From: Kondoa subrosea
Lineage: Eukaryota
Assembly: GCA_039545335.1 (NCBI GenBank)
Contig: BCIN01000003.1
Location: forward strand, 1,116,001 to 1,180,000
Direction of reading: 5' to 3'
DNA: 64,000 nucleotides
The notes beneath the pieces were generated by a model that was not told the origin of the DNA, made no database searches, and worked only from the letters and a program-made list of their open reading frames with translations. This document shows, one piece after another, positions 1 to 14,160 of this stretch. Each line of letters opens with the position of its first letter. The first letter of the stretch is position 1. A program made the position numbers and the translations under genes.

Positions 1-538
1 TGAACAGGATGCGCAAGTGAGCTGTCAGCCTGCAGAGATCACGCATATACTGATTGATTATCAAAACAGATCGCCAAGCTTACGAAACAGCTAGGTCGCT
101 GCGAAGGAGATCTTAAAGCTAATGTTCAGCTTGTTGAGGTGATTTATGAACACTCTACTCAATAAATGCGAACTAACAATCTTTACGCAGTCTCTGGAAA
201 CAGCACTGAACGACACCGAACGTATCCTGCGGAAAGCTAGAATGCAAATGAACGATCTTGTGCGAGAAAGAGATGCACACGAGCGAGAAAACTCAAGCTT
301 GAAACAACAAACGCAAGATGCTCAGAAAGAGCTTGAAGCTCTTCGAGCGTCACTGTCTGCAGCTAGAAGGGACTCCGACAGTCGACTGGCTGCTGAACGG
401 TCGCAGAGGGACGCCGCTAGAATAGAACTGGAACAGAGGTTGGAACAGGTTCGAGCGAAGAAGAGTAAATATGGAGTGAGCTGTCTCACTGCATTGTCTG
501 GTATTCTCACTGACATGATGCTACTACAGTGCTTCTGA
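1..538 (+). CDS. C-terminal part of a long coiled-coil protein (5' end outside window), ending ...RAKKSKYGCF*
   Basis: Heptad-rich exons (AKLTKQLGRCEGDLKANVQLVE / SLETALNDTERILRKARMQMNDL...) joined by short GT-AG introns; last exon TGC TTC TGA ends at 538. Confidence 0.7.
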
Positions 539-816
539 TTTGGGGTTTTGATGTATCTGTGCCTTTGTTCTGTTCTATCGGTTTTAGATAGCTTTGTATA
601 CCTTAATCATTGAGTTCTTTCGCATGGAATGTATATTTATTGCAACTGCTGCATCCAAGAATCGGTACGAGAGAGTGTTTTGTGTCACTAAACCAAAGTT
701 TGTGCCTGTTCATTGGTGACTATAGATAACGAATGCAAGGAAACTCTATAGCTATGATGGGTAAATATATCTTGAGAACCGAGGCTGACGGCAGCCAAAG
801 AAACGAATAGCAGCAA

Positions 817-2413
817 TCACTGTATATATATTAATCAGCCCTAGTCAAGTAGCAGTGGAAAGGCACTCACCTGCAACAACATGTCTCTGTAGTGCTTTTG
901 CGCATTGCCACCAGTCCGCTTGATAGCTAATCTCATCATATCAGTAATGATCTGTTGACGAGAGCAACAGACAACACTGACCAATCTTTGTAAAAGTCCT
1001 TTGCTGTTCCCGCATTTCCTTGAGAGACTGATTTTCCCTCGCTTTTCTAGCTTCACCAGCATTAGCGACTTGCATTTCGCCGTACTTGGTCTGGATCAAG
1101 GCTTGCGAAGAAGAATTAGAAGGTTTCTGGTTATAGTCTGCCATTCTTGCTACGAGGTTCTTCTTTTCGTTATCTTCTCGCTCGAAAGCAGGTCTGATAT
1201 TCAATTCAATTCGATAATCAGCTACATGGAGCTGAAGAGGAAAGAGAAGACGTACATCAGATTCTGCTTGTAGATCGTTCGTAATGCCCGATGTCCAATT
1301 CGTTTCCCAGAAGGTAAAACCAATTCATAATCCGTATCACCATACCGCACACCACTCGATTTAGGTAGATCATCTTCTTCATCCGAGAATTCGGAAACGA
1401 CTTCTTCTTCCCCGTCTACTTCCATCCCATCTTCGTCCGCTTCTACATCTTCCCATTCTTGCGCTTTGCCTTTTCCTTTACCTGATGGTGTATCATCATC
1501 ATCGTATGATTTTGTGAAGTCGTAAAAGTCTGAGAATTCTAGTCGGTCATTTTCTGTGTCCCAAGGTAATTTGCAATGCATCTGTCATCAACCAACGGAT
1601 CAGCTTCTATCCCCCAGAAGGTATGACAAGAAGAGAACCAACCTTGTCGCACATATGTTTCCTAACAGCTTCCAAACCTCTTCTAGCACGTTTGGCTTCA
1701 ACTTCTTTATCCTCTTTTTTGCTCAATTCAACTCTTCCACCAAACCCTAAACCACAAACGATGCAAACATTCCAAGTAGCAATCACTTTACTCAAATATT
1801 CTACTAAACCTTTTTCATCTACCAAATATTCTCGATCAGGTACAAAGAAACCATGAGATTTATGCATATGAGACATTTTCGTTTCAAAGGCTGAGAAAGA
1901 ACGAGGACAGAAAAGACAAGTTAATTCTGGGATAGTTAATGCTGAAGAGAGTCTTCTTTGAACTGCTTGATCTACTAAATCCGCTTCTGCATCGCTAGAG
2001 ATTTCTTCTTGTTCTTGTTCGCCATTACTCTGTGCAGCAGGCGCTTCTTGTGAGGGTACAACAGGTTTATCTTGCGTTGAAGAAGGAGTGAAGGCTTTGA
2101 CGAGGGACTTGACTTGCTGTTCTTTATGTTTCTTGGATTTATCATGATCCAACTTGGCACCCATCGAATGAAAAGATTTATTGCAAGCTTCACATTTCAA
2201 ATCTTCCTGTTGCTGATTATTACTTGTCCCTTCTTCATTCACACGTTTCTCCAGTACTTTAGCATTGAAAGTATCTGGTGTAACGGGCGGTAAAGAGGCA
2301 ACTCGACGTTTTGCGTTGTAGCGATGCAAATCAGTGCCAAAGTGAGAACGCTGCAGATCAGCTGTTGAGAATGCTAAAGCGCATGAAACGCAGGTATATG
2401 GATGTCCAGACAT
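817..2413 (-). CDS. REI1: Cytoplasmic pre-60S maturation factor Rei1/Reh1 (ZNF622 family, C2H2 zinc fingers)
   Basis: YTCVSCALAF...QRSHFGTDLHRYNAKRRVASLPPV, CLFC...HMHKSHGFFVPDREYLVD, HMCDK, ELVLPSGKRIGHRALRTIYKQNL and C-terminal QKHYRDMLLQ are typical of the family. Confidence 0.93.
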
Positions 2414-2688
2414 TTATTGGCTTGATGGTTTGGGAGAACAGTTGCAAGGAAAAAAATCGATGATGCGTCTCGCGAGACAGAGTGTCCAGCGAAATGCTAT
2501 ACCGCCGTCCATGCGACGCATTGCACAATGACAACAGGGCGAATGATCACACATAACCGGGCATAGATAGAGTCTCGAATATGATTACGAGATTTCAAAT
2601 CTACTATATACAGGAAGAGATTGTCCATTCTTCATACGAATCAGTCCGTTCATACTCTATATCACACTTTTGAGAGTCTTGCATGTAT

Positions 2689-4469
2689 TTAAGCTGAAGC
2701 GGTTGGAACAGCGCTTGCGAGAGCTGATGAAGCAGATCCAACGATTCCTGCAGCTGAAGAGGTAGCAGCAGATACACCGGACATTGATCCCGAAGAGCTG
2801 GCAGCTGAGGCTGGAGGAGTGAAGAGAAGAGCGTTGATTGTGTGTGCAACACCGTTTGATGCCTACATTAAGAAAAACACTCAGCGCATAGATGATAGGA
2901 AGAGAGCTAGGAGACGCACAATCAAATCAGGTTGAGTGATTTGAGCAGTAACGCCGTTTCCAGTAACGAATACACCGGTAGCTGGAATAACAGATTAGCT
3001 CAAAGTGACACTAATCAGAGCAAAAGACATACCGTTGTTGGTGAATCTGAGCTCAGTTCCACCGAGAGATTGAACGGTCATTCCATCAGTCTGTGAAGCG
3101 TCATTGATCAGCCATTGGTTCGATGACATTCGAGACATGGGTAATTTACGATGTTGGTCGAGAAGACGACTAGAAATGAGATGTGAGCTCGTCTGATGTG
3201 CTGAACGAAATTTGGACATACCTGAGTTGACGACGTGACCAAGCACGGCATTGGAGACGGCAGACATATCAGTTCGAACGAGAGAAGCCAATGTTGGTCC
3301 AGCAGCTACGATAGCTGCATCTGGTTTTCGTCTAAGCAAGACCTCTGGAGAAATGAAAGTAGAACTTGCTGTCAGGTGCAAATACGGTAACTCCCATAGC
3401 AGTTGACAAAGTGTTGGCGATTTCTGGCAATGAAGAAGTCTGAAGACGATGGTTAGATGACTAATTTCAGAGATCTGTGACAACGAGGACATACGAGGGT
3501 ATCAACAAGAGCTGATCCGTTGTTCTTGGAAATGACACTTGGCAATGTGGAAGGTGGCATGAGAACGCCATCGATCTTTTCAGTAATGATTAGCTCGAAG
3601 CATCCGCGAACAACACCAGACACTCACGAGCTTGATGAGAACGTTCTGGTAGGTAGAGTTGGCCAATACACGAGTGTCATTTTGTCCAATGATGGTAGTG
3701 GTGCCGAAGACATCCTTGACGAAAGCCAAAGGCAATCTATCTCATTGTTAGCTAGACATTGCGGTATAGCTAATATTCTGACGTACTGAGTGTAGTTAGC
3801 GCCGAGCATGTTTGCAGCAACAAGAGTAGGCGCGATATTGCTGACATTGGTCTGCAATTGCGAAGTTGGGTAGCTGCCCTGTAGATTCAACATTGTCAGG
3901 AAGTGTACAGCCAAGATTGCATTATCAAGACCTACGGCTACGACGTGGTATTGAAGAATTTCAGCCAAAGCGGTCATGTTAGAGGTACTAAAGAACGGTT
4001 TAGCCAATCTCCAGACGAGAAGTTCATAAAAGACGTACTCGACGTTGGCCAAATACTCATTTCCAGGAGCGAAGACTGTAGCTAGCTTAGTGATCGTTCA
4101 TCTTTCCCTATCCAAACTTACTGGTCCATTCGCCCTTTTCGAGAACAGGAACCTGTACAACATGTGAGCAAAGTAAAGCATTGAAGTAAATTGCGGCTCG
4201 CTTACCAGCTGACCAGCCAAAGGCTCTAGAAGGGTTGCCAAAGTGGTCGCTTGACGTTCACGGAGAGCAGCGAGCAGACCAGATCCATAATCTTGGCTGG
4301 CAGAGGCTGAAGGTGCAGAAGCCGATCCGCTTGCGCTTGCACTGGTGACACTGGCGATGGCACTTGTGGCACTTGCAGCTATGCTTTCGACAACTGATGA
4401 AGCTTGACGCTTGACGGGCGAGGCATTGACTGCGGTCAAAGCGAGAAGGGAGAATGCAGTGATCTTCAT
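2689..4469 (-). CDS. Secreted fasciclin (FAS1) domain protein, probably two FAS1 domains, with Ser/Ala-rich ends
   Basis: Signal peptide MKITAFSLLALTAVNA; FAS1-like motifs VFAPGN, LAEILQYHVV, GVTVFAPD, AVLGHVVN and a C-terminal VLHTINALL-like segment; many short introns. Confidence 0.82.
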
Positions 4470-4743
4470 TTTGTGTATACGGAGTGTGTGTTGAAGCAAA
4501 AAGAAGAAGGAATATTAAAGGCAATTTGTGCGTGGCACAAGGTACGAAATGAGGTCAGACATTTTTTTCCTCGATCGCACTTGGCACGCGTCGATGACTG
4601 TGCAAAGCGGTGCATGTTCGTAGAGCAGTGTCGGTCGGAGGTATCAGGGACCATACAGAATACAATGCTCGAGCAGAAGCTGGAATGAATAAGAAGAAGA
4701 ATCGACGCATTTGGAAATTGTTGGAAAGACAAAGGTCCAAGAC

Positions 4744-7700
4744 TTAGTGGTATAGCGATCGTGGTGTGAAAAGACCAGCCAGACCAGCTCTGCATTGACA
4801 GCCGCATCCTGTCCAGTCCAATGAATGAGCACATCAAAATACAGGGAACGAAATCTTACCAGACGGGCAACTTGTTTCGCTTTCAAAAAATGCTTGATAG
4901 CACCGCTAAATGACAATGAGTCAGTCTGGCAGTGAGGACTATGTACTACTTACCGAGTGTCCAGTATGGCCACAAAGTAGGCAGCTCTGAATCAAGCCTA
5001 AAAATGTTTTCAATCATTGTCTGGCTTATGTATTAAGAGAACCTCACCTCTGGCTGGTCGATGACAGAGGCAACAGCTTGATACGATTGGTTTCTCCTCT
5101 TGACACGAAGAGCACCAATCAGCTTGACGGTGTTTCAGCTCTGATCCACACTGTGCGCAAGTAAAGCAAAGCTCTAAAGATGCATGTTAGTATTGGCCTC
5201 CAGCTGTATGTTTTCCTTACCAAGTGACGGTCTATCGAGCAATCCATCATACTCAAATCCATACTCTGGCTCTTGCGCCATACGAGTTAGCGAGAGGACT
5301 TCTGTCCTCAGCTGGTAGTGACCCCATCGATAGAGCAATTCTGCATAGCTGAGTCTGAAGCACTCCAGCTGAGCTTCAAAATCTTGATCGAACCAAGGTG
5401 GTTGCCTAAGGAAACACAATGAACATAAGACGAAAAGCTGTAAACTAACATACAATTCGGTCTTTTCGCTTTTGAGCCGAAAGGTACGCCTGCGAGGAGG
5501 AGTAGTAAGACTTTCGTCATTCTTAAGCAGGGTTCCTTGCCCAGATGCTGTATCGAAGGTTACATTAGAGGGAGTGCGAGAAGTACGCCGGGTTGGGATA
5601 TTCGGTAGAATAGATCGTCTTGCGAGAGAGGAACGCTTATCCTCCAGTTCGCTATACATTGGACCGATAGTAGACGTGACAGAAGGTCGGCGCGATCTGG
5701 CTTGTGGTGTCGCACCAGGCGAAAATGCGTCGCGGACACTCTTCGACGAGCTCTCACCAAGTAGGGCAGATAAGCTGTTCCAGGCTTGAGAGTATTCGAG
5801 TCTAGGCGAACTACTTGGTGACGCAACGCTTGTCGATTGTCCTTGAGCAGATCTACCATCTGTTTCAAGTGTAAGGCGAGGCTTTTTGGAAACACGATGC
5901 GTTTTATCAAATGCTGCTCTGGTCATCAGCAGAAGCGAAGTGTATATTAGTCAGAACATTGACCTCTTCGAATGAGTTCCAGTGCGCATGCAAGGATCCC
6001 GAGGTTTTGTAAATCTCTCTCAACAGCTAGTGTATTGATGCTGTACGGAAAATCAGATGGCATGCCTGTTCATACTATGATCATACAGACCTCTCTTGCA
6101 CAAAGATGAGCATTGCCAAAGAAGTCGGCAAGAACCGCGGACCAGCTGAGCTCTTATCAGTGCCCTCAAGCAACTCGGTCCAAATCTTGAAGGTGCTCCT
6201 GACGGCGAGCGGTACAGTTTCATTATGATTGTGTTTGAACAGGATGTCCAAGGAGCTACCGCGCAACATGTCGGACTGTACAACATTTGATCGCAAAGGA
6301 GATATTCTACCCAAAGCTTTGATGTGGATGACAGTGCTCGCTTCCATCGGGCCAGCGTAAGCTGTAGATCGACCGTGAGAGTGATCACGAGGTGTAGCAG
6401 CCGGATCCTGAGGGTCTCTTAGAAAGACGAATACTATTGGGCAAGCTGACTTACCACTCTCGCTCGCTTAAAGGGTTGACGTAAGACTTCATCGCTTTCA
6501 TCCTCGGTAGAACTTAGTTCCTTAGCATTCAATGGCAAAGCACCGAAAGTTTCGAAAAGATGCCTATTCTTGCGCCTGCCAGCAGAAGACGAGCGTGTCT
6601 TGCTAGATTGTCTTGTGGGAGATCTAGAATCGCGGAGTCCTTCAACAGATTGAACCAAGCTCATCGGAAGCGATTGAAGTGGTGCAGCTTGTTTGGTGAA
6701 AGGGAAGAAGCAAACAAGCTGATCTTGAGGTCCGAATACTGCTCCGCATCGACGAGGCAGAGGAACATTGTACGCTCTCAATGGAGAATTATCAGCATGG
6801 CCGTTTTCTTCATCTGAGGAAGATTCGTCGGCGTTCATGCGGACTGTCTGTAATGGTCGATCACCGAGTAGAAATTCTAGGCATGATCCAAGAGACGGCT
6901 CCTTGCGTTGTAAGCAAGCGTTGGCTGTATGTCGGAGGCCACGAAGAAGTGAGGCTCTTTGTTTGAGCGAGAGATTCCCGTTACGTTCTAGATCAATAAC
7001 CGGAGTAGCGCTTTGGGGATAACGAGCTGGGAAAGTGAAGTTGATTCGAATGAAGCCGGTTCCTCCATCTGTATTCCGTCAATATGTACTACTTCTGAGA
7101 AGAATTGAAAGTACCTGCAGCCCAAGGTCCAAAGAGAGAAATGGAACACAATCTCTGCCTAGTCAAGATCTTGACAACAAGTCATCATTGAGCCAATTCC
7201 TAATGAGAAGTGGAGATCGCTCACTTTCTCAAAGCTGATTCGACTGGAAAACTCTTTGCTACAGCTTGCAAACTCTTCGCCCAATCTGAACTGCGAAAGA
7301 TCATTCGGACCTTGACTCGGTTCAGGCTGACTTGTCTCTTCTCTTGTAACACCTTCCATCCAAGCCATAGTATCCTGAATGGCCAATCGTCTTCTTCCTC
7401 GAGATACTCCGTAGCGAGTCATGTAGGCTGGTTTCACGTTACTGCCAACTGCAAAACTTGCGGAATTGGTACCATCTTCTTCACCTGAAGTAGCTGTTGA
7501 TGCTGATGCACTAAAGACTTCATTGCCCGATAAAGGTGAAACGCCTAATTGACCTTGGCTTGCTCTGCTTTCTCTCTTATTCCGATGTGAGCGAATTGAG
7601 CTCAACCGTTTAGCTGCAGGTTGTGTAGTCATAGCCGACCCCAATTGAGGGAAAGATTTTCCTTCTGATCCTATTGAAGAAGCAGGAGGAGAAACAAGGG

Positions 7701-9497
7701 AAAGAGGTGAATTAGAACTTCGATAAGTTGCGCTTGAGCTATGTTGTCCTCTTCGAGTCATTCTCACATCGATGGGTGAACCTTGAACATGTCCGACTTT
7801 AGTCTTCATCTCAGGCGAAATAGGCCAAGTTCGCAACACTCTATCTTTGCCCCAAGAGATCAATTGAAATTCTCGATCGTCGCAAGTAGGATCAGCTCCG
7901 CCTTTAGTACGCCACACGAATTCTTTAGGTGTGTCTGTATGATCACCAACACTCCTGATCAGAACACACCGAAAGAAATGTGTTTTTGAACATACCTGTA
8001 TGACCAACGAATGTCTCAACTACTTCTCCTTCTCTAGTATAAATGGATAAAGCAGTATCGCTCCGTTGAGGTAGAGCTAGGACGCCTTGACCGAAAGGTA
8101 AATGTCTAGCTCTCCACATGGGTGCTTTGGTGTTGATGGTTTGAACAGGCTGATCTGGAGTTTTGGTTGACCAAAATTTGATGGTCTCTGGTTTACAAAT
8201 GTCAAAAAGATCACACCACAGAAGGAGGAAAAGACATACTATCGAGCGAACATGTGACGAATTTATCAGCTGCTCTTCGATCCCAATCTAATCCACTGCA
8301 CAGATCATTAGCTGAAACCAGCAAAATTACTTACTTTAACTTACTAGCATCGCTGGTTATGAGCGGGAATCTTCAAAAGGGGAACAGAACCTTTTCTCTT
8401 GTCCCAAATATGAACAACGTGGCCGTGAGCTGAAGCGAGTACGTTTGGGTCTTGTCTATTCCATTTCACTTGAGTAGCTGCAACTGTTGGTCTTGTCAGT
8501 ATGAGCCATACAACAGACTAAGAAGGAACTGACTATGCCAACCACAGTATCCGCTTGCTTGCCTTCTTGCGCCTATTCGTAAATCCCAAGTCCTTACCCA
8601 TCCATCCAAGGAAGAAGTAGCAATAATGTCCGGATCGAATACACTGTTCGGGTCTCATTACTCACTAATCCAGCTAAATGAATTATGAGAAATGGTTACG
8701 AACGCGAAATTGATATCCGTTACACTCCTTGAATGAGCATTGAGGGTATACTGAATTGGACCTGAACTGCTTTGATTAGGCATGCCTGCTGTGTATACCA
8801 TATCTAGATTCCAGATGAGACATTGATGACCGGCTGCAGAAGCTATCCAAGATGCTCGAGAAGGATGAGGAGACCATTGTACCTTGTCGTAAAAGAAAAG
8901 ATAAGCATGATTCATAATGTAGGATGTAGACTTACATCTGCTACTTCCCAAGCTGACAAATGAGCTGAAATATAATATAAGTTGTGATTAGAGGATGCAA
9001 TTTGGAGCTCAACTTACGTAGAAACATAGGCGGATCATGACAGTTCTGAAGATCTAGTACAAACAATCCTTTGCGTCTGATGAAGCACAAATTATCAGTC
9101 GAAACTTACCAAAGAACAGACTTGAAACTCACGCTCCGAGACAAACATCTCTGTTTCGCGGTGACATGGAAAGACTACCAATAGGTTCATCCAACGCGAC
9201 AGTCATTTTATCCATCATAGTATTGTTGTTCTTATCATCCAAAGAGTCATTACCACCAGAAGATAAACCAGAAGATGGTGTACCCAATCTCGAAGAAGTT
9301 TGTTGCTGTTGCAAGGGAGATTGATTGATCTTACGAAACCCGAGATCCAAGTAAGCGAGACCATGATTGCTAGCTAAACTTGAAGAGAATCCTAATCTCG
9401 AAGGAGCATGACCATTTGGCTGTTCTTGTCTCAGCTGATGGAATGATCCAGTTGGTAAAGATCTAGCCATGGGTTGATTCTGTAGGCGGCCCTCCAT
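4744..9497 (-). CDS. MTC5: WD40/RWD/RING-like protein WDR59 (Mtc5/Sea3), SEACAT/GATOR2 subunit
   Basis: VQWSPHPSRASWIAS, AHSRSVTDINF, HTDTPKEFVWRTKGG..DDREFQLISWGKDRVLRTWP, RWD-like middle region, YAELLYRWG, and C-terminal Cys-rich CLLCGHTGH...CPSGCGCQC. Confidence 0.9.
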
Positions 9498-10078
9498 TGC
9501 GAGATCGGACTACTGTTATTGCTGCACCGCTATCAAATCATGTCGTCGAATATTGTTGACCCGAGTCGACGAGTGTGATTCCTTTATCCCTACTTTCTGG
9601 CTTCTCTGTTCTTGCTCTTCTCTCTCTGGATCTGAGTTACGCGCAAAAACAAGGAGGCAATGAAGCAAACAAGCCAAAGCTGATAGTTTGACAATTCCTC
9701 CGGATTTTGTCACTTCACTAAGATTTCAACCCAAACTCATCGGCAGAAAGGATAACATTGACTAGAGCCTTTTGGTGTATTCAAAGATCCAAAGAGGGGA
9801 GACAGATTAGCTAGGGTGAAGGAAGGGAACCTATCTTCGTTCTGATCTCTTGTAATTTGCGGAAGTCTCTCTCTTGTATGTGCCCTCTTTATACCCAGTA
9901 TAAGTTGTGGCTATTCCTGAGATTGTTTCCCATTACTCTTTTTTCTTCTATGATGAAGTTGTCTTCCGGGTCACACAACTCTCTCTTCCTACCTACCTGG
10001 TTTGAAAGTCGCAAGGCAAAATAACCTTCTTGGGAACGAAAAAGAGTTGTGCAACTTGAAAGGACTCTGAGAGGAAAA

Positions 10079-10929
10079 ATGTATCGAGGAAGGAATAGAG
10101 GCAGAGGGAAAGCAAGAGCAGCAACAGTTGGTAGACCTCCAACAATCGCTCCGCCTGTTGTTGCTTCTACCTCTAAAGCAAAACGATCTACTCGCAAGAA
10201 TCCTGTTGTCCTCCCATCCTCTTCTTCTTCTTCTACAAGTGTGAATGAACCCGATCCAACGCAAGAAACTCCTCCCGCAGAAGAAGAAGAAGCTGAAAAG
10301 GCTAAAAGCGATACTGAAGATCTTCCAGCTAAAGCAAGAAAGTTCAATCTCTCTCAAGCCAACCTCTTAGCGGATCATATAAACATCCTTCATTCTATAA
10401 TCTACGATCAATCGAATGATTTAGCACCTCATCTTTATTTCGCACTACAAATGGCTGCTTCTGATGAAAGAGTCAATTTGGAAGATGAAGAATTGGAAGC
10501 GAGATTAAAGAGGTTACTTAGTAGATGGACTTTATGGCCTATCGATCAAGCCACGACTACTGGGTTCACTTTGGAGGAAGAACTGGCAGTTCTGGTCAAT
10601 CAATTCTTGCCCAGTTTATCAAATGAAACTTTAGATCTAGGTAAAAGGGAAGAGGAGAGTCAACCAATCATTGAGAACGCTCAAGAAGTGTTAAATGCAA
10701 TTCTGAAGAACCTAGCTCAAAAGCGGGAGGTTGGAACGAGAAGTCACGAGTTCAGCAAAACTTTATCTGATGATTCCATTTGGGAAGCTGCTCAGCTGGT
10801 GCACGTCATTCCTCAGAGGTGCGTCGTATCCTGTTTGAATACTCGAAACGAGCTAAAAGAAGGATCCGCAATAGCGTCATTGATTCAGCTCGAGAAAGGG
10901 TCGAAGGGATGCTTGATTTGGCCGAGTGA
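10079..10929 (+). CDS. Rrn9-domain protein (RNA polymerase I upstream activation factor subunit-like)
   Basis: DLAPHLYFA...WTLWP resembles the Rrn9 domain motif; one intron near the 3' end gives ...SVIDSARERVEGMLDLAE*. Confidence 0.6.
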
Positions 10930-11099
10930 TTGCAACGAGATGCAGTGCAGTCTGCAGTGTACTATATTACTATGTATAGACAATGACAATATGCCAAGAG
11001 GATCTGACTGTGTCAATCAGACTAAATAGCGCTTGGTCTTTCACCGTGACTGTCTTGATACCAGCTCAATTCAGAGCGCGCGTCGTATACCTCGAAAGA

Positions 11100-13952
11100 A
11101 TGACTACCTATCGCTCCTTGTTACCCTTACCGAGCACAGCTTCGCTCAAATCCAGTGTAAACTCAAGATCACGTACTCGTTTGCTCCTCTATGGTCTAGG
11201 GTCATGCACTGTTCTCTTGGTACTCTATCACTCAATTCAACGCGATTCTGCTGCTGCTTTGCCTTTACAATCCTTTCGCGATGATGGAATTGCTTGGAGA
11301 CCTGATTTGAAATTCGGTCCTATAAAAGAAGGCAAACCTATTCACGCAGAACCGCTAGACTCAGATGGAGGAACAGACTCTTTCCCTGCATTGGACGATG
11401 GTTTACCAGATGATATACCTATTCACATCTTTCCTGAATCATTACCTAAATATTCCTACTTGTCTATCCCATCAAGCGAAGGAGATCCTTGGAGTCATAA
11501 ACCATGGATTGTTCAAGATTATTTGAAAGAAGATAGAGAAATTAAAGATCCTCCTTTACCACAATGGGCTGATAGGAAAGCTATACAAAAGAATTTGGAG
11601 CAATTCAATGAAAGACCTATCTCAAAGGAGAACATGACTTCCTTTGAAGATCTACATATACCTGAAGGTAGACAAACATCGAAGGCTGGAATGGGTTCGC
11701 GAAAGATCTTGCGGAAAATTCAAGTTGAAGCAGATGAAACGCAAGAAGAAGTAGAAGAAAGACATAGAAGGAAGAAATGGGTTGAAAGAGCTATAAGACA
11801 TGGATGGGAAGGATACAAGAAACATGCTTGGGGTCATGATGAAGTTCGACCGCTAACGAAATCGTTTCATGATCCATTTGGCGGATGGGGTGCAACAATA
11901 GTTGACAGTCTGTACGTTACCCGCTTTTGGCTATTGAGCTCTCTCCATAATAAGGCTCTAGTGATCTTCTTCTGCTATTGGGTTGGGATCGAGAATACGC
12001 TCTTGCGCGGACACATGTTCATGCTTTGGACTTCACCGTTCAACTAGGTACTCCAGCTCAACTTCGAACTGGTCAACTAGGATTATCAACTTTCGAAACT
12101 TGTATACGCTACCTGGGTGGTTTCTTAGCTGCTTACGATCAGAACGGGGATGAATTGATGGTCACTCGAGCGAAAGAATTGGCAGATTGGTTGATGGGAG
12201 CTTTCAACACGTATAAGGGTCTACCAATGGCGAAATATAGACTTGGCACGTGCGTGTGGTGTCCGTGATCAATTATTTAGTTGTCCTTAGATCCGGAAAT
12301 CGCACAGTGATCTGAAAGGAGAAAAAGCTGGTCGAGTCATCTTGGCAGAGATCGGTAGCATGTCAATGGAATACACTCGTCTGGCCCAGACTACTGGCGA
12401 AAGAAAATACTTTGATTTGGTTCGTCTTCCTCTTTGCATGCTGCTTAATCCAGGCTCAATTTTGATGGGAAACGAACAGGTTCAACGCATTACGGACTGG
12501 ATAGATCATGATCTGAGGAAGTCTATCGACCACAAAGGGCTTGTACCGATACATCTACAAGACACAATGACTTCACTCCGCGGAAGCTACTCCTTTGGCG
12601 GCCAATGTGAGCGGGTAGTAGAGCGCTCCAGTTCATACTGATGTGTGATTCACCTTGCGGCTCACAGCGGACAGTTACTACGAATACCTAATCAAAGAAT
12701 ATCAACTTTTAGGCGGAGGAGTGGATCAGTATTCCAAGATGTATGCAGAAGCAATCGATACTGCTATTGAATATCTGGTTGCGGAAGTAGAAGTAGTGCC
12801 GGATCAGAAATTGCTTACTATCGGAACTGCTGGTTGGCATACATTCACTGCTGAGCTGGAACACTTGGTAAGCCTTCCAGTGCGAAATGGTCGAATAACA
12901 CTGATCAGGTGCTAAGACATGCTTCGCTGGTGGTATGCTTGGACTTGGATCGAAACTACTCGATAGACCAGCGGATATGGAGATTGGTCAACGGGTAAAT
13001 CAAGTTCTCATAGCCGTCTCCCATCGAACTGAATTTTGGATAGTTTACTGATACTTGTGTCTGGGCTTACAACATGACTCAATCTGGTATTGCACCGGAA
13101 ACATTGACTTTCTACGGGAACAATGAAGCATCGCGGTATCAAAAACATTATGACACAAGTAGGTCGGCACTTGTTTAGCTCGCTCGTGAGCTTAAGCGGT
13201 AGTCTTCATCTACAGAAGGACCATATGCTGTACCTAGAGGCACTCCAGTTGGCGTACGACGTATGGATGGTTCGTATAAGGGGAGACCAGAAACCATCGA
13301 ATCGGTCTTCTATATGTGGAGGTTGACAGGTGACAGAAAGTGGCAGGTCTGTCTCTCTTCTCATGGACGTTTCTGTCTTGCTGAAATTCATAGTATAGGA
13401 CAAAGGCTGGAGCATGTTCCACGCTTTGATCGACACAACAGCAGTAGAAGGCGGTTTTGCTGCAGTAGCGCACGTCAATAAGAAGCCACTAGTCTTGCGA
13501 GACTCTTGCGAGAGCTTTGTATTTGCTGAAACGTACGCTGTAATGTCCTTTGAGCTGTTCTTAATTAATCTTAGTTGTCTAAAGCTTCAAATACTACTGG
13601 CTATTATTCTCCGATAGCGATGTGATATCGCTGGATGAGTATGTATTCAATACTGAAGCGTAAGTCAGACTTCAGTGTCCTCAATCTTGTTGACATGATC
13701 AACAGACATCCTTTCGCCTTGAAACCAACATCGCCGCAACCATACGAATTTCCTTCCGATATAGCGACTGCTTACCTGGAATCCGACGCATCGGCAGAAA
13801 ACATAGGGAAAGGCACGGCTGTTCAGCTTGAGCATTCGCTGACGCGGGAATTACCTGAAACAAGAAATGGACATGTTCAATTAGGAGGCAATGGAAGACA
13901 AATAGGAGGTGCAGGCATGGGCGGAATGGGAATTGGATTGCCGGATAAGTAA
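11100..13952 (+). CDS. Class I alpha-1,2-mannosidase (GH47), type II membrane protein
   Basis: N-terminal TM anchor; GWEGYKKHAWGHDEVRP, FGGWGATIVDSL, FETCIRYLGGFLAAY, LAEIGSMSMEY, DSYYEYLIK, EHLTCFAGG, RPETIESVFY, ESFVFAET, NTEAHP. Confidence 0.95.
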
Positions 13953-14160
13953 CCCGAAGAAGAAGTCGAGGCATCACTTAATACCCAAAGCATTTCGAAC
14001 AAAGCATGTTATACCAAAATGTATATGATGTAAAGTTGCAGAGCATTTCATTAGCAATAACAATTTCCTCCCGAGTCTATGATGTGAGTATGAAGTACAG
14101 GGCAAAGTCCGTGTCATCTTCCCAAATGCTTCTCATGCGATACAAGAACAATGAATATGC

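Noticed and set aside
10049..12047. Apparent overlap of ORFs 10049..11029 and 10983..12047
   Set aside because: Artefact of intron read-through and upstream in-frame extension; the spliced genes end at 10929 and start at 11100.
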